Made by a program: the position numbers and the translations under genes. The notes beneath the pieces are model-generated. The model was not told the DNA's origin and did no database searches. It was given only the letters and a program-made list of their open reading frames with translations. Positions 46,925 through 56,270 of a stretch of DNA of 64,000 nt are shown here, piece by piece. This stretch comes from an uncultured Pelagibacteraceae bacterium. GTDB lineage: Bacteria > Pseudomonadota > Alphaproteobacteria > Pelagibacterales > Pelagibacteraceae. The stretch's first letter is position 1; the number at the start of each line of letters is the position of its first letter. The stretch spans positions 6,507-70,506 of the forward strand of contig CACGTU010000005.1 in assembly GCA_902576045.1 (NCBI GenBank). Reading direction: 5' to 3'.

Positions 46925-49900
46925 TTAAAAATTATCTCTCCAGCTAGATCTGTAGTTGATTAGACCAGTATCAATTGAATCTATAACAACTAAGTCAGGT
47001 TTGACTACATTTGTAGATTCACCTGAAATATTTGCATAAAGTTTTGCACCAAACGGAATAATTTTAGAGAGAACACCTGATCCAACATAATAACAATTAT
47101 CAGTTTGACCTGAAGGGTTTGTGCCTAGTAAACTTGAAATATTATCACCACAATCTGCATCGTAGGCACAAATATAAGCTGTACCAGATCCACATTTCTG
47201 AGTTCCAGTTGTATTTGATGATGCAAATCCTCTGTTTGGTTTATAAATTGGATAATATACAACATTACCTGTAAGTGTAGGTTCTGCTGAAACTTTCTTT
47301 TGAACATCTAATTCAACAAACCATCCAGAGTCTCCAATATCGGGACAAGTAGAATTTGCTTGATCAGTTCTATTTACACAATCTGCAAATGTTTCGACTA
47401 TGGTTGATCCAGTTGATGACTTTGCGGAACCAAAGCCTGGGAAAAAAGGGTCTTTAAGACCAAACATAACATTTTTAACAGGATACGGTGTAGTTAGCAT
47501 CGAGTCATTTAAATTATAATAATCACCTGTTCCACCAAATAGCCAAAATTTTTTACTTTTAACACCAATTCCAGCATCTAATGCATGATACATATATCTG
47601 TTGTTTGTAGTAGTTGAAGCCTCCACATCAAAAAAAGTGTAATTCTGATATAATTGAATTCCAGTGGGTAAGGATGTAGAAGAACCTGTGGTTGGAGGTA
47701 TTTGTTGAACATTGCCTGTATTCTGATTAACATTAAAAGTTCCACTTAAACTTGATAAATTTACTTTTGTTATTTTTCCCTCAAGGTCACTAACGTAAAC
47801 TAAAGCACCTGTATATTCTTCTTGAGATAAGTCTGCAGTTACAACTACAGGAGTTGCTGGAACAGAATTAATTATATCATTATTTTTGTCAGATATTTTG
47901 ATCTCTTTTTTTACTTTTCCTGTAAGCCAATCAATAATGTATAAATTAGATCCTATAGATGGACTAAAGTTTCCATTGCCTCCTCCCATTACTGCAACGT
48001 ACTGATCATCCATCACATTTCTATCTCCAGGTCCACTTGGCATTCTAAATACCCTAGGTGAGGCCCATGTTTCACCTAAATATCTATAATCATAGTCTTC
48101 CCATCCAGTTGGTAATGAGCCGACTTCTACTATTGAGATCGTGTCAATTACTCCTCCAGGATTAGCATTAAAAGTGATGTCATTTTGAAATGTAAATTCT
48201 GTATTTGCCCCAACGATGTTTACTGTCACTGAATTTGTAACAACACTTCCATTTAAAGCTATACTTGTGTTGCTTGTATCTAAAGTTTGACCTGCTAAAG
48301 TTATCTTTTTTCCTTTATAGCATGAGGTGTTACCAGTTGTATTACAATTATCCGGTAAACCTTGCGTTGCATTAATTTTAGCAGTCTGTAGTTCTTTGAA
48401 ATTTGTCTCGTTAATCCTTGAGGTTGAGTAGGAACCGCTATAAACTTTTCCATTATGATCAACTCTATGTACTTTTTCGCTAACTGTATCGTTTAAGATA
48501 GAGTATAAATGTAAAGGTTGGTCTAGTTTAGTTACATCAATTAAAGAAAAGCCAGCTCCAGCTCTGCCATACGGTATCATTAAAAGAGTGTACCAGCCCT
48601 CTTTATTGTGCACAGGATGTTCAAAGTATGTATCATGTGCAACTGGAGATCCATCTAACAAAAATCTAGGATTTGTTCCTCCTCCACCAGATCCTGTATT
48701 TAAACCTGAATTTATTATTCTTGGCATTTTAGGGATAATCAATGGAGGTACAAATCCCCATATCTCCTCTCCTTTTTTATAACCCCCCTGATCTCTAGTA
48801 GAAAAAGCATGGAGAATACCATTATTTGCTGCAGCATAAACAACTTCTAGTCTGTCACTGTTATCTTTTTTAAAATTTCCGTATCCTTTCTTTTTTCTGA
48901 AATATGCCTCAGTTAGATTGGTTGAACTTTCCATTGAGGCATTGGGAGGACCGATAACTAATAATGATGAGTTGTAGATATCTGCTAAATAACCATTTTC
49001 TAAGTTGTTTGGATCATCTTTTTTGGGTTTCATTCTTTTACTTTTTAAAGTTTGACAATTATTCATATAATTAAAATAGTCTTCTCCTCTTACAAAATTA
49101 ATTATACCTTTATCCTCATCGTCAATCGTTCCATCTTTTCCAACATTAGAACAATGAGTTAGATTAACAGGGTAATTCCCTACAGTTTTTCTATGATACT
49201 CTTGGATAACATTTCCTTGAAGAGTAAATAAGTTTCTGATTTTACCCACATTACCATCATTGAAATTATTTATTGATGTGTCTCCATCCAAAGCCGTCCA
49301 TATCTTTCTATTGTTTGGGTCTGGCATTACTTTGTTTGCAGACCATACTTCTGTTAAGCCTGGGAGTGCAAATTTTTTAACAGTTCCAGTCCACTCCTTG
49401 TTTGTTCGGTTTGTAAAGTTAGATTGAAATAATTCACCGTCCCTTTTAAATTCACTGGCAATACTTGGTGCAGATAAAACTATATTTCTTGAAATGATAG
49501 CCTGTACAATATTATCAGTCACATTTTTTAAATCTGCTGGAGTTTCAGCAAAATATACCCCTTTAGTGGTTGCTGTTTCTGTTCCTCCATAAATTGCTAT
49601 ATCTGTAAAATCAGTTTTTGCTTGATTATCGTTAATGACATCTGATCCGTAACCAACTGCAAAAGTCAAAACTGGTGGGGTTTTTTGAGCTAAACCCTGA
49701 ATGACTTTTAAAGTGTCATCATTAATTCCCCATTTTGAGTCAGTGAATTGCCCATCACCAATTATTACAATTGCATTGATTTGACAATCGTCGAGACTTT
49801 GATACGCAGTCATTGGGTATGTAGAAACATTATAGTACCTGTGAATAATATTTCTAAAACCTTTACTGTTAGTATTATACAGCAAGTGAACATCATCCCT

Positions 49901-51463
49901 TGCAAGCTTTTCTTGAATTTGCTGGGCCCCTTTCGGATTAATACCAATATCCATGCACGCATCTGGTTTACAAATTTTTGGTTTATCATATCTAATATTT
50001 CCACCTACTGTCTTAAATCCGTCAAAATTTGCATTACCGCCGCTCCAAAAACCTAGACCAAAGTTTGCTTGTTGAAGAGTTGCCGAGTCATTTAATACAT
50101 AACTAATTGCTTCTTTAACACCTTGAAACCTTGAAACACCTGGGTCACCAAAATGATCTTTATAAGTTAGATCTGCAGGGTCTAACATTGTAATCTCTAG
50201 TCTTCCATAATTGGTAACGAATAACGTATCTTTGTCTGCTGCTCCTACTCCAAAGTCTATTCCCATTGGATAATATAAATAAAGTTGGGAATTATTCGCC
50301 TTGTTTTCATTAAATGCATTGCCAATACCAACTTTTTTTTTAAAATCTGCCACAGCTACCTTATTTGGTAAATGATATTTACAAACGGAATGTGAAAAAT
50401 ATCCAGTTGTGTAGATTGTTCTATCTTTTACAACTATGCTGGCAGCTCCTCTACCCACACCACATTTATCTGTAGGATAAATTGGAGGCATCATGCTAAG
50501 TGGTGGTAAACATCCTTTTTTAGTAGGATCTGTTGTTCCATCATTGAGTACAATTCTTCGAATTGCTGCTTCACCCACTTTTCCAGTCGTATCTTTGCTA
50601 TACATTACTATGCTACCGTCCTCTGTAACAACGTCTATAGATTCATTAAAATACTTGTAGATCTTCAAATCGAACTCGCATGTTATTTTTCCTTTATTGA
50701 AACCGTTTCCACCTGCCACTATATCAAATATATACATCCCACCGAGTTTGTCTTCACCAGGTGTTTCGGAGGAAACAACGTATAGTTTGTTTTCGTGTAT
50801 AGCCATAGCTGTATTGCCTGACATTGAAGCTGGTCGATTTCCCTGAGCATCCTTAGTAGTGGTACAATTACTTCTAAAACCACCTTTGTTTTCATTTGAA
50901 ATAAGATTAGAGTGAAAAGATCTTACTGATCCTTGTTTATAATTGTTTTTAGTACCAGGAGATATTTTTGTCTCCATTTGATAAAGTATGAAGCCACCAT
51001 TATAATTTTTTCCATTATGATTAACTCTACACATATTCCCATGGGACATGTCTCTTTGATCAGCTAAAATATAAAGTCGCCTTGTTCCTGCATGATGTTC
51101 AATTTGAACTGGACTACCTAGGTCTCTATTTTTATAACCATGAATTCTCGTGTTCTGACTCTTAAATACTTGGTTACTACTGGCCAATTTATTTTGATCA
51201 GCGTCCCAATAAGAAACACCACCTTCATCAACTGCACTTACAAAGTAATTTCCACCCCATCTGCCCGAAACATCTGTGGGTGGTTTCATTGCATTTGGAA
51301 TATTTCCACTTGCAGAATTGTGCATACTTTGAGACTTATCAACAAGAAATAAAATATTTGCTGGAGTAGAATTACCTGTTCCAGGTGGCAAAGGTTTTGC
51401 AAAGCTCAAATTAAATGGAACTAAGAGCAACAGAAAAATGTAACTTAAAAATTTTATTTTCAT
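46925..51463 (-). CDS. pilY1: PilY1/PilC-type type IV pilus tip adhesin (vWA + beta-propeller)
   Basis: Signal peptide, NILFLVDKSQS (MIDAS), IGDG, ANNGILHAF, EIWGFVP, LDGSP, LGETWASP, GGTGD, GWFVEL, C-terminal SWR. Confidence 0.85.
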   Translation of the reverse strand: MKIKFLSYIFLLLLVPFNLSFAKPLPPGTGNSTPANILFLVDKSQSMHNSASGNIPNAMKPPTDVSGRWGGNYFVSAVDEGGVSYWDADQNKLASSNQVFKSQNTRIHGYKNRDLGSPVQIEHHAGTRRLYILADQRDMSHGNMCRVNHNGKNYNGGFILYQMETKISPGTKNNYKQGSVRSFHSNLISNENKGGFRSNCTTTKDAQGNRPASMSGNTAMAIHENKLYVVSSETPGEDKLGGMYIFDIVAGGNGFNKGKITCEFDLKIYKYFNESIDVVTEDGSIVMYSKDTTGKVGEAAIRRIVLNDGTTDPTKKGCLPPLSMMPPIYPTDKCGVGRGAASIVVKDRTIYTTGYFSHSVCKYHLPNKVAVADFKKKVGIGNAFNENKANNSQLYLYYPMGIDFGVGAADKDTLFVTNYGRLEITMLDPADLTYKDHFGDPGVSRFQGVKEAISYVLNDSATLQQANFGLGFWSGGNANFDGFKTVGGNIRYDKPKICKPDACMDIGINPKGAQQIQEKLARDDVHLLYNTNSKGFRNIIHRYYNVSTYPMTAYQSLDDCQINAIVIIGDGQFTDSKWGINDDTLKVIQGLAQKTPPVLTFAVGYGSDVINDNQAKTDFTDIAIYGGTETATTKGVYFAETPADLKNVTDNIVQAIISRNIVLSAPSIASEFKRDGELFQSNFTNRTNKEWTGTVKKFALPGLTEVWSANKVMPDPNNRKIWTALDGDTSINNFNDGNVGKIRNLFTLQGNVIQEYHRKTVGNYPVNLTHCSNVGKDGTIDDEDKGIINFVRGEDYFNYMNNCQTLKSKRMKPKKDDPNNLENGYLADIYNSSLLVIGPPNASMESSTNLTEAYFRKKKGYGNFKKDNSDRLEVVYAAANNGILHAFSTRDQGGYKKGEEIWGFVPPLIIPKMPRIINSGLNTGSGGGGTNPRFLLDGSPVAHDTYFEHPVHNKEGWYTLLMIPYGRAGAGFSLIDVTKLDQPLHLYSILNDTVSEKVHRVDHNGKVYSGSYSTSRINETNFKELQTAKINATQGLPDNCNTTGNTSCYKGKKITLAGQTLDTSNTSIALNGSVVTNSVTVNIVGANTEFTFQNDITFNANPGGVIDTISIVEVGSLPTGWEDYDYRYLGETWASPRVFRMPSGPGDRNVMDDQYVAVMGGGNGNFSPSIGSNLYIIDWLTGKVKKEIKISDKNNDIINSVPATPVVVTADLSQEEYTGALVYVSDLEGKITKVNLSSLSGTFNVNQNTGNVQQIPPTTGSSTSLPTGIQLYQNYTFFDVEASTTTNNRYMYHALDAGIGVKSKKFWLFGGTGDYYNLNDSMLTTPYPVKNVMFGLKDPFFPGFGSAKSSTGSTIVETFADCVNRTDQANSTCPDIGDSGWFVELDVQKKVSAEPTLTGNVVYYPIYKPNRGFASSNTTGTQKCGSGTAYICAYDADCGDNISSLLGTNPSGQTDNCYYVGSGVLSKIIPFGAKLYANISGESTNVVKPDLVVIDSIDTGLINYRSSWRDNF

Positions 51464-51543
51464 AAAAAGTTATATTACAACAAATTGACTGTAGTTTAAT
51501 TATTAATTAAATCCTAGACCCAAATTGGTAATTAATATTTAGT

Positions 51544-52785
51544 TTATGAAAATCTTATTGAGCTATAAGGCTGTAAATCAAGATTTGTAGGCTCATTAGC
51601 AATCATTTTGCTAACTATTTTTCCAGATATTGCACCTAAAGTCCAACCTAGATGATGGTGTCCAAAAGAATAAAATACATTTTTATAATTTTTGGAAGGT
51701 CCTAACACCGGTAAAAAATCTGGAAGCGATGGCCTAAATCCTAACCATTCATCTTTATGTTCAGGTAAACCATCTATCATATCCTTAGCATTTAAAATTA
51801 AATTTTTAATCCTTGATTTTGATAACGGGTTTTCTAATCCACCAAATTCAACAGTTCCAACAACTCTTAAACCTTGTTCCATAGGTGTCATACCAAAACC
51901 TCTATCAGCATAAACAATTGGTCTTGAAATTAAATGATCGCAACCTTTAAAATGCACATGATATCCACGTTCAGTATCAAGTGGAATATCTTCATGAAGT
52001 TTGTCTGTTAATCTTTTTGAAAAAGCTCCACACGCTATGACTAATTTATCAAATATAAATCTTTGTGCTTCAGTCCTTAAAACTGGCTGTTCACCGTCAA
52101 AATCAACATTTTGAATATTTAGTTTTAAAAATTTTCCACCCTTCTCTATAAAACTCTCAAATAATTTTACTAAAATTTTTCTAGGATTTCTTGCATGTCT
52201 TGCATAATCATAAAAAACTCCACCATCATAAAATGGTTTTAGATTTGGTTCTAAATCATGAATTTCTTTTGGATTGACTAATTGTTGTTTTACACCAAGT
52301 TCATCTCTAATTTGAATTTCAAGTTCTCTACTTTTTAAACTTTTATTTGTCCAAACATATAAAATTCCCTTACTCTCAACTAACCCTTCTAAATCAACAT
52401 CTTGAAATAATTCATCAAAGGCTGGTAATGATTGATCTAAAATTTGATGCATATATTTTGCTGTATGCATCATTTTTTCTTTTCTACAATTTATAATAAA
52501 TTTGACAAACCAAGGAACCATTTTCGGTACATAATTCCATTTTAGAGCTAAAGGCCCTCTTGAGCTTACTAACATTTGAGGAACATCTGCCAAAATATCA
52601 GTTCTATTTAATGATACAGATGCATAAGGTGAAAAATGGCCAGCGTTGCCGTAAGAAGCTGCATTACCAGGCTCGTCTCTATCAAATAATGTTACTTGAA
52701 ATCCTTTTTTTTGTAAAAACAACGCATTACAAACTCCCTGTATTCCTGCTCCTACAATTCCAACTTTTATAGATTTTTCTGGCAC
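51544..52785 (-). CDS. FAD-dependent D-amino acid dehydrogenase (DadA-like)
   Basis: GAGIQG, ASYGNAG, ERGYH, GFRPSLPD, GHHHLGWTLG. Confidence 0.85.
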   Translation of the reverse strand: MPEKSIKVGIVGAGIQGVCNALFLQKKGFQVTLFDRDEPGNAASYGNAGHFSPYASVSLNRTDILADVPQMLVSSRGPLALKWNYVPKMVPWFVKFIINCRKEKMMHTAKYMHQILDQSLPAFDELFQDVDLEGLVESKGILYVWTNKSLKSRELEIQIRDELGVKQQLVNPKEIHDLEPNLKPFYDGGVFYDYARHARNPRKILVKLFESFIEKGGKFLKLNIQNVDFDGEQPVLRTEAQRFIFDKLVIACGAFSKRLTDKLHEDIPLDTERGYHVHFKGCDHLISRPIVYADRGFGMTPMEQGLRVVGTVEFGGLENPLSKSRIKNLILNAKDMIDGLPEHKDEWLGFRPSLPDFLPVLGPSKNYKNVFYSFGHHHLGWTLGAISGKIVSKMIANEPTNLDLQPYSSIRFS

Positions 52786-52850
52786 ATTAAAAATATAAAT
52801 CTACAAAATTAATAATGAAGAAGATATTTGACGCGGGTGATTAATGTAAA

Positions 52851-53192
52851 CTAGTTTATAATTTTAAATAAAATTAAAGCCATCACTGAATAATCTAATA
52901 CAGGTTTAATTTTATTAAAGCTCTGATTTTTCTTACTTAAAATATCATACCTTCTTCTAATAGTGTCGTATAGTAAATGCATTCCTACCATTACTAATGA
53001 AACTGAGAATACAACAAATATAATATCAAATTTAAATAAACCCATCACAATTGTTCCAATAAAAGTAAGCAAAGAAATATTTGAAACAAAAATGCTAAAT
53101 AAAATATTTTTACTAAATGAAAAAAATTTTTTAATTACTACAAAAAAATATGACCAAATAAGCACCAGTTCAAATATTATAATTTCAGACAT
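52851..53192 (-). CDS. Hypothetical membrane protein
   Basis: Several hydrophobic segments; abuts upstream lipoprotein ORF; start uncertain. Confidence 0.5.
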   Translation of the reverse strand: MSEIIIFELVLIWSYFFVVIKKFFSFSKNILFSIFVSNISLLTFIGTIVMGLFKFDIIFVVFSVSLVMVGMHLLYDTIRRRYDILSKKNQSFNKIKPVLDYSVMALILFKIIN

Positions 53193-53585
53193 CTATCTTA
53201 AATAATAAAGGTTTGCTTGATTTAAGTAACTTTTTTCACAATCAAACTCATCTAAAGTCGTAAAAAAGATTTCATTGATTTCAGCCGAATGATTAACATT
53301 GCATTTTCTTAACTCTGCATTAAAGGTACTGTCTGCCACATGTTCTAGTGGTTGCTTGCCAGTTTTTTGTTTGACAAATAAACCTGATCCTGATGCTGCA
53401 ACTGCTCTTGTTGTACTACCTGATTGAGCGATGGTAAATCCTGTACTAACAATAGATGCTGTAGGTCCACAACCTTGTAAAAAAAGGATTAGAATAGAGT
53501 ATTTAAAAAATTTTTTCACTGGAGGAAAGTACGAAATATTTTTAAAAAGTGTACCTAAATTAGTGTTCATATTGGGTTGATACAA
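53193..53585 (-). CDS. Putative lipoprotein
   Basis: Lipobox LQGC after KKFFKYSILILF; true start may be downstream. Confidence 0.55.
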   Translation of the reverse strand: MYQPNMNTNLGTLFKNISYFPPVKKFFKYSILILFLQGCGPTASIVSTGFTIAQSGSTTRAVAASGSGLFVKQKTGKQPLEHVADSTFNAELRKCNVNHSAEINEIFFTTLDEFDCEKSYLNQANLYYLR

Positions 53586-53625
53586 TCAGATAGGGTGCGT
53601 GAAATAATAATGAATCTGCCTGTGT

Positions 53626-55854
53626 CTATTTGCCAAGTCCTATTATTGTTAAATCATCCTCAAGAATATTCTCATCGTTATTTTGATCAAAATTCTGGCC
53701 TTTCGTACTTTTGCTCTCAACATCTTTTATAATTTTGGATAACTCTTTTTTTAAAGATGTATTTTGATAACTATTTATTAAATCTTTTACACCAGCGATT
53801 CCTATTTCCTCACCTTTATCGTTTCTGCATTCTGAAAATCCATCTGTAAAACAATATAATCTTCCATTATCTAATTTGAAACTTTCTAGTTTGTATTCAT
53901 TACTATTATCTGCTTTTTTAATTCCTAATGGCAAAGAAGAGGATTCATACTCTTTAAACCCTTCACCATTTTTAAATAATGCAGGAAGATGTCCTGCATT
54001 TGAAAGTTCAACAATATCTGTTTGTGAGTTATAAGATCCAACTATACTTGTCACATATACCCCTTTTGGATTTGTTTGACGAAGATCATTATTCATTTCG
54101 TAGTGAATTTCGTTGGGTTTAAATTTGTTTTTAGAATATATTTTAAATAAAGTTATGGCTCTTGCCATTACCATTCCAGCATTTACACCTTTTCCTGATA
54201 CATCGCATAAAGTAAAATAAATTTGATCGTTGTGAGTATAGAAATCATAGAAATCTCCAGATATTTCTCTTGCTGGAATATTTATCCCTTCTATTGGAAA
54301 ATTGTTTATAGTTCTTCTTGGCATTAGTCTTTTTTGAACATCAATTGCAAGTTTAATTTCTTTTGAAACTCTATTTTTCCATATGTTTTTTTGATGTTCT
54401 GATTGTTCGAGCTTATCCATTATGTTGTTGTATTGACTTGCTATAACTCCTGCTTCTGTAAATGGATCCTGCGGTGCTCTTAAACTAAAATCCTCAGTTT
54501 CTTGCTGTTTGTTTAAAACTTTTAGTAAGTCATGAGTAGCTGTGGATGCGTTGTGTTCAGAGATATTAAGTCCCATGTCCTCTTCAATTTTATTTACTCT
54601 CAATCTAAATAATAAATTGATAATAAAAAAAATTGTAAATGCTGAGATAAAACAAAAAGCCCCAACACTTACGATCCCAATCAGTTGAATATATAATTGA
54701 TCAATCATTGGTCTTTCTATTCCCATTGCCTCGAAATCACCAAATATTGCAACAGCGATTGTTGCCCAGGTACCTGCAAATAAATGAACTGGAACAGCGC
54801 TGACTACATCATCAACTTTTATTTTCTCTAATAACAAAATTCCAGATCCAGATACTATTCCACCGATTGCTCCAATTATAATTGCTTCAGTTGGATCAAC
54901 ATAAGCACAAGATGCAGTAATTGAAACTAAACCAGCAATTGGCCCTGTAATCATGAACATCGGCTCAGGTTTTTTCATAACATAAATACCCATTACACTA
55001 GATAAAATTAAACCTGCCGAAGCTGCTAGAAATGTATTAATTAATATAAGTGGAATTCTAAGATCCATTGCACCATTGGCGCCCCCATTAAACCCAAACC
55101 AACCAAACCATAAAATTAAAGCACCAAGTGCAGCTAGAGGTGTGTTACTTCCTTGGAAAGTTCTTTTCCTTCCGTCTTGAAATCTACCAGTTCTATTTCC
55201 GATAATTAATAGTACCGCAAGTGCAACCCAACCACCAACAGAATGTACAACACTTGATCCAGCAAAATCAATAAAACCTAATTTTCCTAACCACCCTGTT
55301 TTAATATCTGGATTTGAAAAATTTAATGACCAAACCCAGTGTCCAACAATTGGGTAAATAATTCCTGATGTAACAAATGTAATAATTACGTATGAAAAAA
55401 ATTTTAATCTTTCAGCAACTGCACCAGAAACGATTGTTGCAGCTGTTGCAACAAACATTGCCTGGAATACAAAGAACGACTGATATCCTGCAACTTTTGT
55501 TGTAAAGAAAAAAAACTTTGAGCCAAATAAGCCAGATACACTAGTTCCATACATCAAAGCAAATCCAAATGCCCAAAAGGTTGCTACTGAAATTCCAAAG
55601 TCTGTAACATTTTTAAGTGCAACGTTAATACTGCTTTTGGCTCTTGATAAACCTGACTCTAAACACATAAAGCCGGCTTGCATCAAAAAAACTAAAATAG
55701 CACAAATTAGAAGCCAAAACGTATCTAGGTTCGCTTGAAGAACAGCTTCAAGTCTAAACTCAAGCGCTTTGTTAGCACCTTTGTTAGTTAATTCTAATTG
55801 ATTTAATTGAGACTGTAACTTAAAGACCAGGGCCTGTAATTCAGCTACAGTCAT
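53626..55854 (-). CDS. Ammonium transporter-HAMP-like linker-SpoIIE/PP2C phosphatase fusion (paralogue B)
   Basis: Amt motifs MQAGF, FQAMF, GHWVW, DFAGSSVVH, WFGWFGFN, VPVH; PP2C motifs GDFYD, CDVSGKG, NAGH, TDG, EDDLT. Confidence 0.92.
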   Translation of the reverse strand: MTVAELQALVFKLQSQLNQLELTNKGANKALEFRLEAVLQANLDTFWLLICAILVFLMQAGFMCLESGLSRAKSSINVALKNVTDFGISVATFWAFGFALMYGTSVSGLFGSKFFFFTTKVAGYQSFFVFQAMFVATAATIVSGAVAERLKFFSYVIITFVTSGIIYPIVGHWVWSLNFSNPDIKTGWLGKLGFIDFAGSSVVHSVGGWVALAVLLIIGNRTGRFQDGRKRTFQGSNTPLAALGALILWFGWFGFNGGANGAMDLRIPLILINTFLAASAGLILSSVMGIYVMKKPEPMFMITGPIAGLVSITASCAYVDPTEAIIIGAIGGIVSGSGILLLEKIKVDDVVSAVPVHLFAGTWATIAVAIFGDFEAMGIERPMIDQLYIQLIGIVSVGAFCFISAFTIFFIINLLFRLRVNKIEEDMGLNISEHNASTATHDLLKVLNKQQETEDFSLRAPQDPFTEAGVIASQYNNIMDKLEQSEHQKNIWKNRVSKEIKLAIDVQKRLMPRRTINNFPIEGINIPAREISGDFYDFYTHNDQIYFTLCDVSGKGVNAGMVMARAITLFKIYSKNKFKPNEIHYEMNNDLRQTNPKGVYVTSIVGSYNSQTDIVELSNAGHLPALFKNGEGFKEYESSSLPLGIKKADNSNEYKLESFKLDNGRLYCFTDGFSECRNDKGEEIGIAGVKDLINSYQNTSLKKELSKIIKDVESKSTKGQNFDQNNDENILEDDLTIIGLGK

Positions 55855-55863
55855 AAAAATTTA

Positions 55864-56190
55864 TTAGTCTAATATTTTAACAGCTTCACCTGCATCAGTA
55901 ACTATTTTGTCAACACTAACAACTTTAATTACCTCAAAACCAGTTCCTGCGATTGCTTCTTTGTATTGCTCATCAGATAAGTTTGATTTATCTTGAAAAG
56001 CTGACACAGCAACACCTTCAGGCCAAGATACTTTAATATCTGCGTCTGGACTTGCTTTTTGTAAAGCTTCGGTTACCATTTTTTGACATTTAATACATAT
56101 CATACCATTTACTTGTGCAATTTGAGTTTGTGCTGCAAACAAGTTTGTACTTATCAATGTTAAATATAGGCTTAAGATTAATTTTTTCAT
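55864..56190 (-). CDS. Exported heavy-metal-associated (HMA) domain protein
   Basis: Signal peptide then VNGMICIKC (GMxCxxC); GGAG RBS. Confidence 0.75.
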   Translation of the reverse strand: MKKLILSLYLTLISTNLFAAQTQIAQVNGMICIKCQKMVTEALQKASPDADIKVSWPEGVAVSAFQDKSNLSDEQYKEAIAGTGFEVIKVVSVDKIVTDAGEAVKILD

Positions 56191-56270
56191 ATTCTCCTTA
56201 TTTTAAAACTGCTGAAATCTATATTTATTAAAATTTAAATCAAAATAAATTTATCTATCTTATTTAATTT

